A model generated the notes under the pieces. That model made no database searches, had not been told where the DNA came from, and saw only the letters and a program-made list of their open reading frames with translations. A DNA stretch of 64,000 bases from Malacoraja senta (lineage: Eukaryota): the NCBI GenBank assembly GCA_038087875.1, contig CM075995.1:6512001-6576000 (forward strand), read 5' to 3'. The translations under genes and the position numbers were made by a program. The first letter of the stretch is position 1, and every line of letters starts with the position of its first letter. Positions 37,129 to 50,250 of the stretch are shown here, piece after piece.

Positions 37129-38505
37129 TACTTCCTACATCTTCATGTTTTCAGCATCTTCTTATATGCTTCAAGTTTCAAATTCTAGTGTAGATGGGGC
37201 ATCTTGGTCAGCATGCGCGTTGGGCCGAAGGGGCTTGTTCCATGCTGTATGACTGACTTTAATTTGGTTTAGTTTATAGATACAGCGCAGTCCCTTTGGC
37301 CCACCGGGTCCGCGCCGACCAGCGATCCCCGCACATTAACACTACCCTATACACGCTAGGGACAATTTTATATTTACACCATGAAAATTAACCTAAAAAC
37401 CTCTACATCTTTGGAGAGTGGGAGGAAACCGATGATCTCGGAGAAAACCCACGCAGGTCACGGGGAGAGAGTACAAACTCCGTACAGACGGCACCCGTAG
37501 TCAGGATCAAACCTGGGTTTCTAGCGCTGTAAGGCGGCAACTCTTCCGCTGCGCCACCCTGGATACAGCGTGGAAACAAGGCCCTTCGACCCACCGTGTC
37601 CACTTGATTAACTGTTCACACTAGCTCTAGTTTATCCCATTTTCTCATCCACTCCCTACATTCAAGGGGACAATTTACAGACGGCCAATTAGCCAACAAA
37701 CCTGTACGCCTTTGGGCCGTGGGAGGAAACCGGAGCACCCGGAGGAATCTCACGCGGTCACAGAGAGAACGTACAAATTCCACACAGACGGCACCCGAGG
37801 TCATGATCGAACCTGGGTCTCTGCCAGCTAATATCTGATCTATTTGTTAGCATGCAAAACCAAACTTGTTCACTGTAGCTCAGTAAAATGTGACGGTGGT
37901 AAACCTAAACCCAATCCTGGGAGACAACATTTAATAAACAAACAAAAAAATCTATAAATTAATAACCCCAATACCTGTCAAGAAGCACAAATTTCTTTAT
38001 ACAACTAATGAACGTTGATATAGTGCAGAAGCATTGAAATGCAGATACTGGTTTATAACCAAACATAGACATAAACTGCTGGAGTAACTCAGCGAGTCAC
38101 GCAGCATCTCTGGAGAAAAAGGATGGAGATGTTTCGGGTCGAGACCCTCCTTCAGACTACAGAAGGTTGGTAGCAGGGTTCATGGGTGGCATGGTGGCGC
38201 AGCGGTAGAATTGCTGCCTCACAGCGCCAGAGACCTGGGTTCGATCCAGACTACGGGTGCTGTCTGTACGGAGTTTGTACGTTCTCCCCGTGACCGCGTG
38301 GGTTTTTCCTAGTGTGTGTCGGGTAGTGTTACAGGGATCGATGATCGGCGCGGACTCGGTGGTCTGCTTTAGGCGCTGTATCTCTAAACTAAACTGAGGG
38401 TTCTCCCCCGAAATGTCACCCATACCTTTTCTCCAGAGATGCTCCCTGACCCGCTGAGTTACTCCAGCACTTTGTGTCTATCTAAAGACCGTTTAGTTAG
38501 TGAGT

Positions 38506-38533
38506 CTGAAGAAGGGTCTCGACCCGAAACGTC
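38506..38533 (+). ncRNA. Minimal hammerhead ribozyme core, intact, sense to JARID2
   Basis: CTGAAGAAGGGTCTCGACCCGAAACGTC, identical to 2223-2250. Confidence 0.7.
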
Positions 38534-39530
38534 ACCCATTCCTTCTGTAGAGAGATGCTGCCTGTCCCGCTGAGTTACTCCAGCATTGTGTGTCTATCTT
38601 CAGTGTAAACCAGCATCTGCAATTCCTTCTTAGTTTGGTTAGTGTTTAGTTTAATTTAGTTTATTGTCACGTGTACTGAGGTACAATGAAAAACTTTTGT
38701 TGCGTGCTAACCAGTCAGCAGAACGACAATACATGATTACAATCGAGCCGTTCACAGTGTACAGATATAAGAGAATAACATTTAGTGCAATGTAAAGCCA
38801 GCAAAGTCCGATCAAAGTCCAGGGTGCTCGGTGAGGTAGAGAGTAGTTCAGGACCGCTCTCTGGTTGTGTTAGGATGGTTCAGTTGCCTAATGTGCAGTG
38901 TTTTACAGTGCTCAAGAGCCTGAAGAGCCAGCAGCATAATCAAGGACGTCACACCCTGGCCACTCCCTCTTCTCCCCTCTCCCATCAGACAAAAGGTACA
39001 GAAGTGTGAAAACGCACACCTCCAGATTCAGGGAAAGTTTCTTCCCAGCTGTTATCAGGCAACTGAATCATCCTAACACAACCAAAGAGCAGTGCTGAAC
39101 TACTATCTACCTCTTTGGTGACCCTCGGACTATCCATGACCGGACTTTGCTGGCTTCACCTTGCACTAAACGTTATTCCCTTATCGTGTATCTGTACACT
39201 GTAAATGGATTGATTGTAATCATGTGTTGTTCTTCTGCTGACTGGTTAGCACGCAACAAAAAAGCTTTTCACTGTACCTCGGTGCATGTAACGATAAATT
39301 AAACTGAACTAATGGTGTTTGGGTGTGATCTCACTCATAGGATCACCTGTTGACACAAGCTCTATTTTATCCCACTTTCTCATCTACTGCTTGCACAATT
39401 TACAGAAGGCCAATTAACATACAAACCTGTGTAAGAAAGAACTGTAGATGCTGGTTGATATCGAAGGTAGACACAAAATGCTGGAGTAACTCAGCGGGTG
39501 AGGCAGCATCTCTGGAGAGAAGGAGTGGGT

Positions 39531-39558
39531 GACGTTTCGGGTCGAGACCCTTCTTCAG
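39531..39558 (-). ncRNA. Minimal hammerhead ribozyme core, intact
   Basis: Reverse complement of the same 28-mer; further intact minus-strand cores at 46475-46502, 52709-52736 and 56990-57017. Confidence 0.7.
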
Positions 39559-39714
39559 ACCTACTAACCTGTACGTCTTTGGGCTGTTGGGGGGGGGGGG
39601 GGGGGCGAACCGGAGCACCCAGAGGAACCTCCACACAGACACCACCCGAGGTCTGCTTCGAACCTGGGTCTCTGGCACTCATGATGTTTCCACTGGTGAG
39701 AGAGTCTAGGACTA

Positions 39715-40480
39715 TCTAAATGACGTCAAGTACTATCTAAATGGCGTCAAGTTGGGAAAAGGGGAAGTACAATGGGATCTGGGAGTCCTTGTACATCAGT
39801 CTATGAAAGTAAGCATGCAGGTACAGCAGGCAGTGAAGAAAGCGAATGGCATGTTGGCCTTTATAACAAGAGGAATCGAATATAGGAGCAAAGAGGTCCT
39901 TCTGCAGTTGTATAGAGCCCAAGTGAGACCACACCTGGAGTTTTGGTCCCCTAATTTGAGGAAGGACATTCTTGCTATTGAGGGAGTGCAGCGTAGGTTT
40001 ACAAGGTTAATTCCCGGGATGGCGGGACTGTCATATGCTGAGAGAATGGAGCGGCTGGGCTTGTACACTCTGGAGTTTAGAAGGATGAGAGGGAATCTCA
40101 TTGAAACATATAAGATTGTTAAGGGCTTGGACACACTAGAGGCAGGAAACATGTTCCCGATGTTGGGTGAGTCCAGAACCAGGGGCCACAGTTTAAGAAT
40201 AAAGAGTACGCCATTTAGAACGGAGACGAGGAAACACTTTTTTCTCACAGAGAGTGGTGAGTCTGTTGAATTCTCTGCCTTAGAGGGCGGTGGAGGCGGG
40301 TTCTCTGGATGCTTTCAAGAGAGAGCTAAATAGGGCTCTTAAAAATAGCGGAGTCAGGGGATATGGGGAGAAGGTAGGAACGGGGTACTGATTGGGGATG
40401 ATCAGCCATGATCACATTGAATGGCGGTGCTGGCTCGAAGGGCCGAATGGCCTACTCCTGCACCTATTGTCTATTGTCTA
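39715..40480 (+). mobile_element. CR1 LINE 3' fragment
   Basis: ORF 39752-40333 with QAVKKANGMLAFI, VRPHLE, LYTLEFRRMRG; (CTATTGT)n tail. Confidence 0.88.
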
Positions 40481-40989
40481 TTGACCAGAGGTCGTAGCCT
40501 CAGAATTAAAGGGCGCTCTTTTAGAAAGGAGGTGAGGAGGAACTTCTTTAGTCAGAGGGTAGTTAATCTGTGGATCTCATTGCCACAGAGGGCTGTGGAG
40601 GCCAAATCAGTGGATATTTTTAAGGCATAGACAAATTCTTGATTAGAACGGGTGTCTAGGGTTATGGAGAGAAGGCAGGAGAATGGGATTAGGAGGCAGA
40701 CATTAGCCATGATTGAATGGGGGAGTAGACTCGATGGGCCGAATGGTCTAATTCTGACTCCTATAACTTGTGAAGGGATGTTGGGTTGAATATTCTGATT
40801 TGTTATACCCCATAAATGGAAACATGTTCTGTGACATCTCGACATTTCAGATATCTGGCTGCGGTTAACCATTATCAATCTCTGGGAGATGAAACAGTGA
40901 ATTGGCGACTTTAGTTTAATTTAGTTAAAAGATATAGCACTGAAACGTGCAAACTCCGTAAAGACAGCACCCTGGACCCGCCACTGGGC

Positions 40990-41310
40990 GATCACGGTGA
41001 CGCAGCAGTAGAGTTGCTGCCTCACAGCGAATGCAGCGCCGGCGACCTGGTTTCGATCCCGACTACGGGTGCTGTCTGTACGGAGTTTGCACGTTCTCCC
41101 CGTGACGTGCGTGGGTTTTCTCGGAGATCTTCGTTTTCCTCCCACACTCCAAAGACGTGCAGGTTTGTAGGTTAATTGGCTTGGTAAAGGTAAAAATTGA
41201 CCCCAGTGGGTGTAGGATAATTTTAATGTGCGGGGATTGCTGGTCGGCGCGGATCCGGTGGGCCGAAGGGCCTGTTTCCGCGCTGTATCTCTAAACTAAA
41301 CTAAACTAAA
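40990..41310 (+). mobile_element. V-SINE (HE1-like), subfamily with an extra gaatgcagc segment in the tRNA-like head
   Basis: cacagcgaatgcagcgcc in place of cacagcgcc; a similar insertion is present at about 21830, 45870 and 59025. Confidence 0.8.
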
Positions 41311-44300
41311 GTCAGGATCGAACCCGGGTCTCTAGTGCTGTAAGGCAGCAACTCTACCGCTGCGCCACCGTGTCGTCCTAGACTCTCCAGTCTTTGAGCT
41401 CCTTTCCATTTCTGAGGCCGTGTCGACTGTTTTCCTCAGCTAACAATGAACCATTCTACATTAACTTATCATCAGATGCTTTGATCTGTGTTCTCACACC
41501 TTACTCTTCTATGTTTCTAGACTCCCACTCCCCTGACTCTCTGTCTGAAGAAGGGTCTCGACCCAAAACGTCACCTATTCCTTCTCTCCAGAGATGCTGC
41601 CTGTGCCGCTGAGTTACTCCAGCATTTTGTGTCTGTCTTTGGTTTAACCTTGTCAGTATATAGTGGGATCTGAGCCATCAACATTCAGTGGCTGTTCCAT
41701 CAGTTTTCCTACATTTACCACTCTGGGTTCTGCACTGGATGTTGTATCGCTGAGGCCACATTTTGTGTTCACTTCTGGGCACCATGTCACAGGAAAGATG
41801 TTGTCAAGCGTGAAAGGTCGCAGAGAAGTTACACGAGGATGTTGCCAGATATCAAGACCCTGAGCTACAGGGAGAGGTTGAGCAGGCTCGGACTCCGTTG
41901 TCTTTCCGCTGACTGGATAGCACACAACAGAAGCTTTTCACTGTACCTCGGTACACGTGACAATAAACTAAACTGAACTTGGAGCGTAGGAGGGTGAGGG
42001 GATGAGGATCTAATAGACCTGTACAAAATCATGAGAGGAATAGATCGGGTAGACGCACAGAGTCTCTTGTCCAAAGTAAGGGAATGAAGAACAATAGACA
42101 ATAGACAATAGGTGCAGGAGTAGGCCATTCGGTCCTTCAAGCCAGCATCGCCATTCAATGTGATCATGGCTGATCATCCCCAATCAGTACCCCGTTCCTA
42201 CCTTCTCCCCATATCCCCATCGGGAACATGTTTCCTGCCTCTAGCATGTCCAAGCCCTTAACAATCTTATATGTTTCATTGAGATGCCCTCTCATCCTAC
42301 TAAACTCCAGAGTACAAGCCCAGCTGCTCCATTCTCTCAGCATGGGTTTAAGGTGAAGGGGAGAAAGATTTAATAGGAATCTGAGGGGTAACATTTTCTC
42401 ACAAAGGGAGGTGGATGTATGGAACGAGCTGCCAGAGGAGGTAGTTGGGACAGACAATATCGCAGCGTTTAAGAAAAATTTAGACAGGTACATGGATAAA
42501 CAGGTTTAGAGGAATATGGGCTAAATGCAGGCAGATGGGACTAGTGTAGATGGGACATGTTGGCCGGTGTGGTCAAGTTGGGCCGAAGGGCCTGTTTACA
42601 CGTATCACTCGATGAGTCGTAGAATATAGAACAGTCAGGAAATAAATTGGGTAAATGCACAGAGTAAGGTTGAGTTTAGTTTATTATCACGTGTACCGAG
42701 GTACAGTGAAAAGCTTTAGTTGCACGCTACCAGTCAGTGGAAAGACAATACATGATACAATTGAGGCTTCCAGTGTACAGATACATGATAAAGGGAATCA
42801 TGTTTAGATTTAGATTTTATTTCTTGTCATTTGAACCTCAAAGAGGCTCAAACGAAACTCCGTTTCCACAGCCATACAAACAAAACAATTCCTACACGAC
42901 ACACAAACAATTCAATTTACAGAAAAACATCCATCACAGTGAATCTCCTCCTCACTGTGATGGAAGGCAAAGTCTTTTCTCTCCCCTGCACCATTTTTCT
43001 CCCGATGTTGAAGCCCCAGGCAGGCAATGTTAAGTCCCACGGCCGTTGAGGCCGCGCCGGGCGGTGTACGGCCTCGCTCCGGACTTGTTTAGTGCAAGGT
43101 AAAGTCCAGTAAGGTCCAATTAGAGAGGGTCTCCAATGAGGTCGATGGGAGGTCAAGTTGTTGATAGGATGGTTCGGTTGCCTTATAACAGCCAGGAAGA
43201 AACTGTGTCTCTGAATCTGGAGGTGTGCGTTTTCACACTTCTGTTCCTCTTGCCTGATGGGAGAGGGGAGAAGAGGGAGTGACTGGGGTGAGTGGTCCTT
43301 GATTATGCTGCTGGCCTTGCGGCGTGAAGTATAAATAGAGTCAATGGGAGTCACTTTAACATTGACTCTCAACCAATAGACAATAGGTGCAGGAGTAGGC
43401 CATTCGGCCCTTCGAGCCAGCACTGCCATTCAATATGATCATGGCCAATCAGTACCCCGTTCCTGCCTTCTCCAGAAAGTTTATTCCTTCTCTGCAGAGA
43501 TGCTGCTTGACCCACTGATTTAGTCCAACTTTTTGTGTCTTATCAATAGAAAGGAGGTTGGTTTGTGTGATGGTCTGGGCTGCGTCCACAAATCTCTGCA
43601 ATTCCTCGTGGTCATGAATGGAGCTGCTCCTAAACCAAGCTGTGGTGCATCCTGATAAAATGCTCTTAATACGGCGCATCTATAGAAGTTGATGAGAATT
43701 GTTTAGTACGTGCCGCTCCTTGCCAGAGTAGGGGGGTAAAGAACCAGAGGATATATGTTTAAGGTAAGGGGGGGGGGGGGAGAGATTTAATAGGAACCTG
43801 AGAGACAACTTTTTCACACAAAGCATCATGGAACCAGAAGAGGTAGTTGAGGCAGGTAGTATAATAACTTATATAAGACATTTGGACAGTTACCCTGGTT
43901 AAAGAAATATGCTCCTCAGACCTCACAGAGTCAAACAGTGTGGAAACAGGCCCTTTGCCCCAACTTGACCACACCGGCCAACATGTCCTTTCCCCTCTCA
44001 CCTTATATCCATGTCCTCTGGTTCTTGATTCCCCTAATCTGGGCGCAAGACTCTGTGCATCTACCTTTATTCTTACACAAAATAACTTCTGTTTTAACTC
44101 CACTCATAGCATCCAAAATGTAAAGTGTTTGGGTCCTTGCAGTATTAATGACCACCTCTGGTCTTATCTCTGCGTCTCTCTGATTATCAGTCTGAAGAAG
44201 AGTCCCAACAAGAAATGTCACCTATTCCTTTTCTCCAGATATGCTGCTGGTCCCATTGAGTTACTCCAGCATTTTGTGTCTATATTCAGTGTAAACCAGC

Positions 44301-44639
44301 ATCTGCAATTCCTTCCTACGCAGTATTAATTCCATCTTTTGGTTAGATGTGTGAAACCTTTTGTTCCACTTTCAGACATCTCCCTTTCACCTTCTAGTGC
44401 ACCTTAAACCTATGTCCACAGGTTTTTGTCTCCCCTACCCTTGGTAAAATACTCTGTGCCCCCTTATCTTCTACACTTGTACAAGATCACCCCTTAGCCT
44501 CTGGTCCTCTGATTCTTGATTCACCTACTCTGGGTAAAATCATTGCAATAGTTACCGTGTAATAATAACGTCTCCTGGTTATTGAGTTTGCCAGCGGAAT
44601 TAGATTGTTCCTATCTCCTTCCAAGAAGTGACCTGTAGT

Positions 44640-45370
44640 CAGGGGCGGAAAAGACACGTCCCCCCTCTATTTTGAGAGGTGGGGGACATCACCCCCAAGT
44701 TTTTGAAATTCGGATTTTAAAACCCGGTGATAAATCTCCGCTTTCCGCGAGACAGTGAGGGTGGGACTGATGATCAAGGGCGCCGATTGGACGAGAGAGA
44801 CGTCGGTCAGCAGGCAATGGGGGCGGGACATGATGATTCAGCGCGATCATTGGAGGAGGGAGGAGTGGGGGGGGGGGGGTGGGCCTGAGGATAGAGTGCG
44901 GTGATTGGAGGAGGGAGACGTGCCAAAACACTTTCGGCACAGACCTGCGCCTCATCCACAGCCAGGATCGATCCCGGCCGGGTCTCCGGCGCTGTCCCGT
45001 TCCCACCCGAGTGCCCCCCCCCCCCCCACGGGTGGCCAGAGAGGTCAGGAGTCAGACGGGAGCGGTGCAACCAGGTCCACAGCCAGCGCAGAGAAGCAGC
45101 ACAAAACCCAGCTCAACTCTGCCTGTCCCGCCAGGTTAACCTGGCTGGGCTTGCGGGAAATATGGGCAGAGCGGAGGAGCAGCGCTGGTGTCCAGGCAGG
45201 GCTGTAGGTTAACCCGGCGAGACAGGCAGTGTTGAGCTACATTTAGCGCTGGATTGAGCCTCCGAAGCCTCGCGCGTGTGAGTGTGCGCATGCGCGCGGG
45301 GCCGCCAAATAATTGTGTCCCCCCCTGTCCCCCGGTCCCCTCCATATTTTGATAGCGACTTCCGTGCCTG
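44640..45370. mobile_element. hAT-like non-autonomous DNA transposon
   Basis: 8-bp TSD CCTGTAGT (44632-44639, 45371-45378); short imperfect TIRs CAGGGGCGGAA / CAGGCACGGAA; GC/CpG-rich interior. Confidence 0.8.
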
Positions 45371-48300
45371 CCTGTAGTGAGCAAAGGTTGAGAAAAATCC
45401 AAGCTACAACAGATACGGCATGGTGGTGCAGCGGTAGAGTTGCTGCCTCACAACGCCAGAGACCCGCCCGGCTTCGATCCTGACTATGGGTGCTGTCTGT
45501 ACGGAGTTTGTATATTGGGTTTCCTCCGGGTGTTCCGGTTTCCACCCACATTCCAAAGACGTGCAGGTTTATAGGCTAATCGGCTTCTGTAAACTGTCTC
45601 CAGTGTTTAGTTTAGAGATATAGCCCGGAAACAGGCCCTTCGGCCCCACCGTGTCCGCACTGACTAGCGATCCCCGCACATTAACACTATCCTACACACA
45701 CTAGGGACAATTTACACACACCAAGCCAATTAACCTACATACCTGTACGTCTTTGGCGTGTGAGAGGAGACTGCAGATCTCGGAGAAAACCCACGTGGTC
45801 ACGGGGAGAATGCACAAACTCCGTATAGACAGCACCCGTAGTCGGGATCGAACCCGGGTCTCCGGCACTGCAAGCGCTGTTAGGCTGCAAATCTACCGCT
45901 GCACCACCGTGGCCGCCTTGTGTGTAGGACAGAACTAGTGTATGGGTGATCGATGGTTGGCGTGGACTCGGTGGGTCAAAGGACCTTTTTCCGCGCTGTA
46001 TCTCTCAACTAAACTCTAAGAACCAATGTGAGGGGGGAGAGGCAGAAGTGTAAAGGATATTAGTTTTGGACAGGAAAAAATTGGTGGAAAACACAAGAAC
46101 GTGCAGAAGGTAGAATCTATGCGATGTCCTCTTGTACGTTACATCTGTAATATGTTCTCTTATTCTTGTACTTTTAGGCTTGGATAGAGTGGATGTGGTG
46201 AGGATGTTTCCACTAGGGGGAGAGTCTAGGACCAGAGGGCACAGCCTCAGAATAAAAGGACATACCTTTAGAACGGAGATGAGGAGGAATTTCTTTAGCC
46301 AGAGGGCGGTGAATCTGTGGAATTCATTGCCACAGACGGCTGTGGTGGCCAAGTCATTGGGTATTCTTAAGACGGTTCTTGCTTAAATAAGTTAATCAAT
46401 AAGCTAAAGATAGGCACAAAACGCTGGAGTATCTCAGCGGGACAGACAGCATCTCTGGAGAGATGGAATGGGGAGACGTTTCGGGTCGAGACCCTTCTTC
46501 AGATAATAAGCTAAGCTAAATAGCTTCTTGATCAGTACGGGTGTCAGTGGTAATGGGAGAGGGCAGGAGAATGGGGTTGAGAGGGAGAGAGAGATCAGCT
46601 ATGATTGAGTGGCGGAACAGACACGGTGGGCCGAATGGCCTAATTCTGCTCCGATGACTCATGGTTATTTGGCCTCTGTAACTTGCCCCTACCGTGCAGG
46701 GACTGGATGCAAATATGGGAACTAGCGTGAACGGGTGATAGATGGTTGGCATGGACTCGGTGGGTCAAAGGTCATAAGTGATAGGAGTAGAATTAGGCCA
46801 TTTGGCCCATCAAGTCTACTTTGCCATTCAATCATGGCTGATCTAATTCTCCCTCCTAACCCCATTCTCTTGCCTTCTCCCCACAACCTCCGACACCCAC
46901 ACTAATCGAGAATTTATCTATGCCTTAAATATATCCGCTGACTTGGCCTCCACAGCCTTCAGTGGCAAAGAATTCCACAGATCGTCCTTTAATTGTGAGG
47001 TTATGACCTCTAGTCCTAGACTCTCCCACTAGTGGAAACATCCTCTCCACATCCACTCTATCCAAGCCTTTCACTATTCTGTACGTTTCAATAAGGTTCC
47101 CCCCTCATTCTTCTAAACTCCAGCGAGTAGAGGCCCAGTGCCGACAAAGGTTCATCATAGGTTAACCTGAGCATTCCTGGGATAAAGAGCTTGTTTCTAG
47201 TCAACATCGCTCAATTCAACTCAAACTCGTCAACCGAGAGGACGGTGAATCTGTGGAATGCATTGCCACAGATGGCTGTGGAGGCCAAGTCATTAGGTAT
47301 TTTTAAAGCGGAGATTGATAGATTGTTGATTATAAAAGCGTCAATGGTTGTGAGGAGAAGGCAGGAAAAAGGGGTTGGGAGGGAGAGATAGATCAGCCAT
47401 GTTTGAATGATGGATTGATGGGCCGAATTACCTAATTCTGCTCCGATCACTAATGATTTCTTGTCAGTTCCACTAATACCTAGAAACGGAAGAAGAAAAG
47501 GAAACCCGTCTTAGATAGTTTCCCCATGTATAAGCATCTAGCCTGGGAGCATCTTTGTAATTTTCCCCATGCATCCTGCCCAGTGAGATGGTATTCTTGC
47601 TGCAGTCTGGTGATCAGAATGGTATAAAACACTCTAGCCAAGGCCAAGTTATGCATCGCACTTTGAGCATTGTCCTTACGAGGTTTCTTAAATATTGGGA
47701 TAGTCCTTGCCTCAACTACCTCCTCTAGTTCGTTCCACAGACCCACCACCCTTTGTGTGAAAAAGTTACCCCTCAGATTCCTATTAAATCTTTTCCCCAT
47801 CAGGGTGGGGTGTCTGTGGAATTCATTGCCACAGATGGCTGTGGAGGCCAAGTCAATGGCTATTTCTAAGGAGGGGATTAACAGATTCGTGATCCGTACG
47901 GGTGTCAGGGATTATGGGGAAAAGGCAGGAGAATGGGGTTGAGAGGGAAAGATAGACCAGCCATGATTGAATGGCGCAGTAGACTTGATGGGCCGAATGG
48001 CCTAATTCTGCACCTAGAACCTAGGAACATTGTCCTTGATTGTCCTTCCTGCTCATAATGTTTACCCCACGACAACTGTGGGTATCACGCCACATTCAGA
48101 GATCTCAGGAGGTGCACACCAAGATCTCTGTTAATGCCCGTGCATCAGTAACCTACCATTCCTTTATTTAGTTTAGTTTAGTTTAGAGATACAGCACGGA
48201 AACAGGCCCTTCGGCCCACCGAGTCCACGCCGACCAGCGAACCCGTAAACTAACACTACCCTACACACACCAGGGACAATTTACAATTTTCTTCACTGAA

Positions 48301-48934
48301 ACCAATTAACCAAAAAATCTTTGTAGTGTGGGAGGAAACCGGAGCACCTGGAGTAAACCCACTCAGGCAACGGGGAGAACGTACAAACTCCTAACAGACA
48401 GCTCCCAGAGTCAAGATCGAACACGGGTCTCTGGCGCTGTGAGGCAGCAACTCTACCACTGCACCACTGAGCCGCCCGAGATGAGATGGGATGAGAGAAG
48501 GCTAGTTAACATTATGCTGTTTAATAACGTTTGGCAGAAGAATGAAGAGCAGCTTGTCCTTTGGGATTATTTCACCTCTAAAAATGTTCCAACGCTGAGT
48601 GGCACGGGGGTGCAGCGGTAGAGTTGCTGCCTCACAGCGCCAGAGACCCGAGTTCAATCCGTCTGTACGGAGTGTGTACGTTCTCCCCATGACCTGCGTG
48701 GGATTTCTCCAAGATCTTCGGTTTCCTCCCACACTCCAAACACATGCAAGTTTGTAGGTTAATTGGCTTGGTATAAATGTAAAATTGTCCCTAGTGTGTG
48801 TCGGGTAGTGGACTCAGCGGGCCGATGGGCCTGTTTCCGCGCTGTATCTCTAAACTAAACTAAACCGAGCTCTATGCTGATGTCAAAAGATTATAGGCAT
48901 TTTTCAGATTCCATCCATGTTTGTAGAGAGAATG

Positions 48935-49185
48935 TAGACAAAAATGCTGGAGAAACTCAGTGGGTGCGGCAGCATCTATGGAGCGAAGGAAATAGGTGAC
49001 TTTTCGGGCCGAAACCCTTCTTCAGATTAATGTGGGGGGGGGGGGGTGGGGGAGAAGAAAGGAAGAGGAGGAGCCAGAGGGTTGAGGGAGAGCTGAGAAG
49101 GGGAGTAGACAATGAGGGCTACCGGAAATTGGAGAAGTCAATGTTCATGCCGCTGGGGTGTAAACTGCCCAATATGAGGTGCATT
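48935..49185 (-). mobile_element. Penelope-like 3' end in inverted orientation
   Basis: Reverse complement of HPSGMNIDFSNFR*, the hammerhead motif (48998-49025) and the tail. Confidence 0.75.
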
Positions 49186-49369
49186 GACAAGACCCATCAA
49201 CTAGTTGTTTGAAGCTGAAATATGTATACGTTTTCAATGAAATGGTGGAGGAAGATATGATAGTGGCATGTAAAAGACGGTTAGACAGCAGCAAGGATAT
49301 GGAGGGATATGGATCACGTGGCGGCAGAGGAGGTCTATGTGACATGGTAATCCCGCACAATATTTCTCC

Positions 49370-50250
49370 GCATCTCCCTGGTCAACTCATCCCTTCCCAC
49401 CCCCTCCCCAGGTACCTTCCCCTGCACCCGCAGGAGATGCAACATCTGTCCCTTTACCTCCCCCCCTCGACTCCATCAAAGGACCCCGACAGTCTTTTCA
49501 GGTGAGACAGAGGTTCACTTGCACCTCCTCCAACCTCATCTACTGTATCCGCAGTTCCAGGTATGGACTCCTGTATATCGGCGAGACTAAACGCAGGCTT
49601 GCCGATCGTTTCGCTGAACACCTCCGCTCAGTCCGCCGAGACCTACCTGATCTCCCAGTTGCTCAACACTTTAACTCCCCCTCCCATTCCCACCTTGTCC
49701 TTTCTGTCCTGGGCCTCCTCCATTGTCAGAGTGAGGCCCAACACAAATTGGAGGAACAGCATCTCGTATTTCGCTTGGACAGTTTACACCCCAGCGGTAT
49801 GAACATTGACTTCTCTAACTTCAGATACCCCTTGCTTTCCCTCTCTCTCCATCCCCTCCCTCCCCCTTCCCAGTTCTCCCACCATTCTTACTGTCGCCGA
49901 CTACATTCTATCTCTGTACCACCCACTCTTGTGGAATTCTCTGCCACAGAAGGTAGTTGAGGCCAGTTCATTGGCTATATTTAAGAGGGAGTTAGATGTG
50001 GCCCTTGTGGCAAAAGGGATCAGGGGGTATGGAGAGAAGGCAGGTACAGGATACTGAGTTGGATGATCAGCCATGATCATATTGAATGGCGGTGCATGCT
50101 CGGGGCCGAATGGCCTCCTGCACCTATTTTCTATGTTTCCGCTGACATCAGTCTGAAGAAGGGTCAAGACCCGAAACGCCACCCATTCCTTCTCTCCAGA
50201 GATGCTGCCTGTCCCGCAGAGTTACTCCAGCATTTTGTATCTACGATATT
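49370..50250 (+). mobile_element. Penelope-like element (Neptune-type) GIY-YIG endonuclease and 3' end, interrupted by a CR1 tail (~49927-50140)
   Basis: PGTFPCTRRRCNICPF Cys-rich linker, one frameshift, then NLIYCIR...LLYIGETKRRLADRFAEH...VAQHFN...KLEEQHL; hammerhead motif at 50153-50180. Confidence 0.88.
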
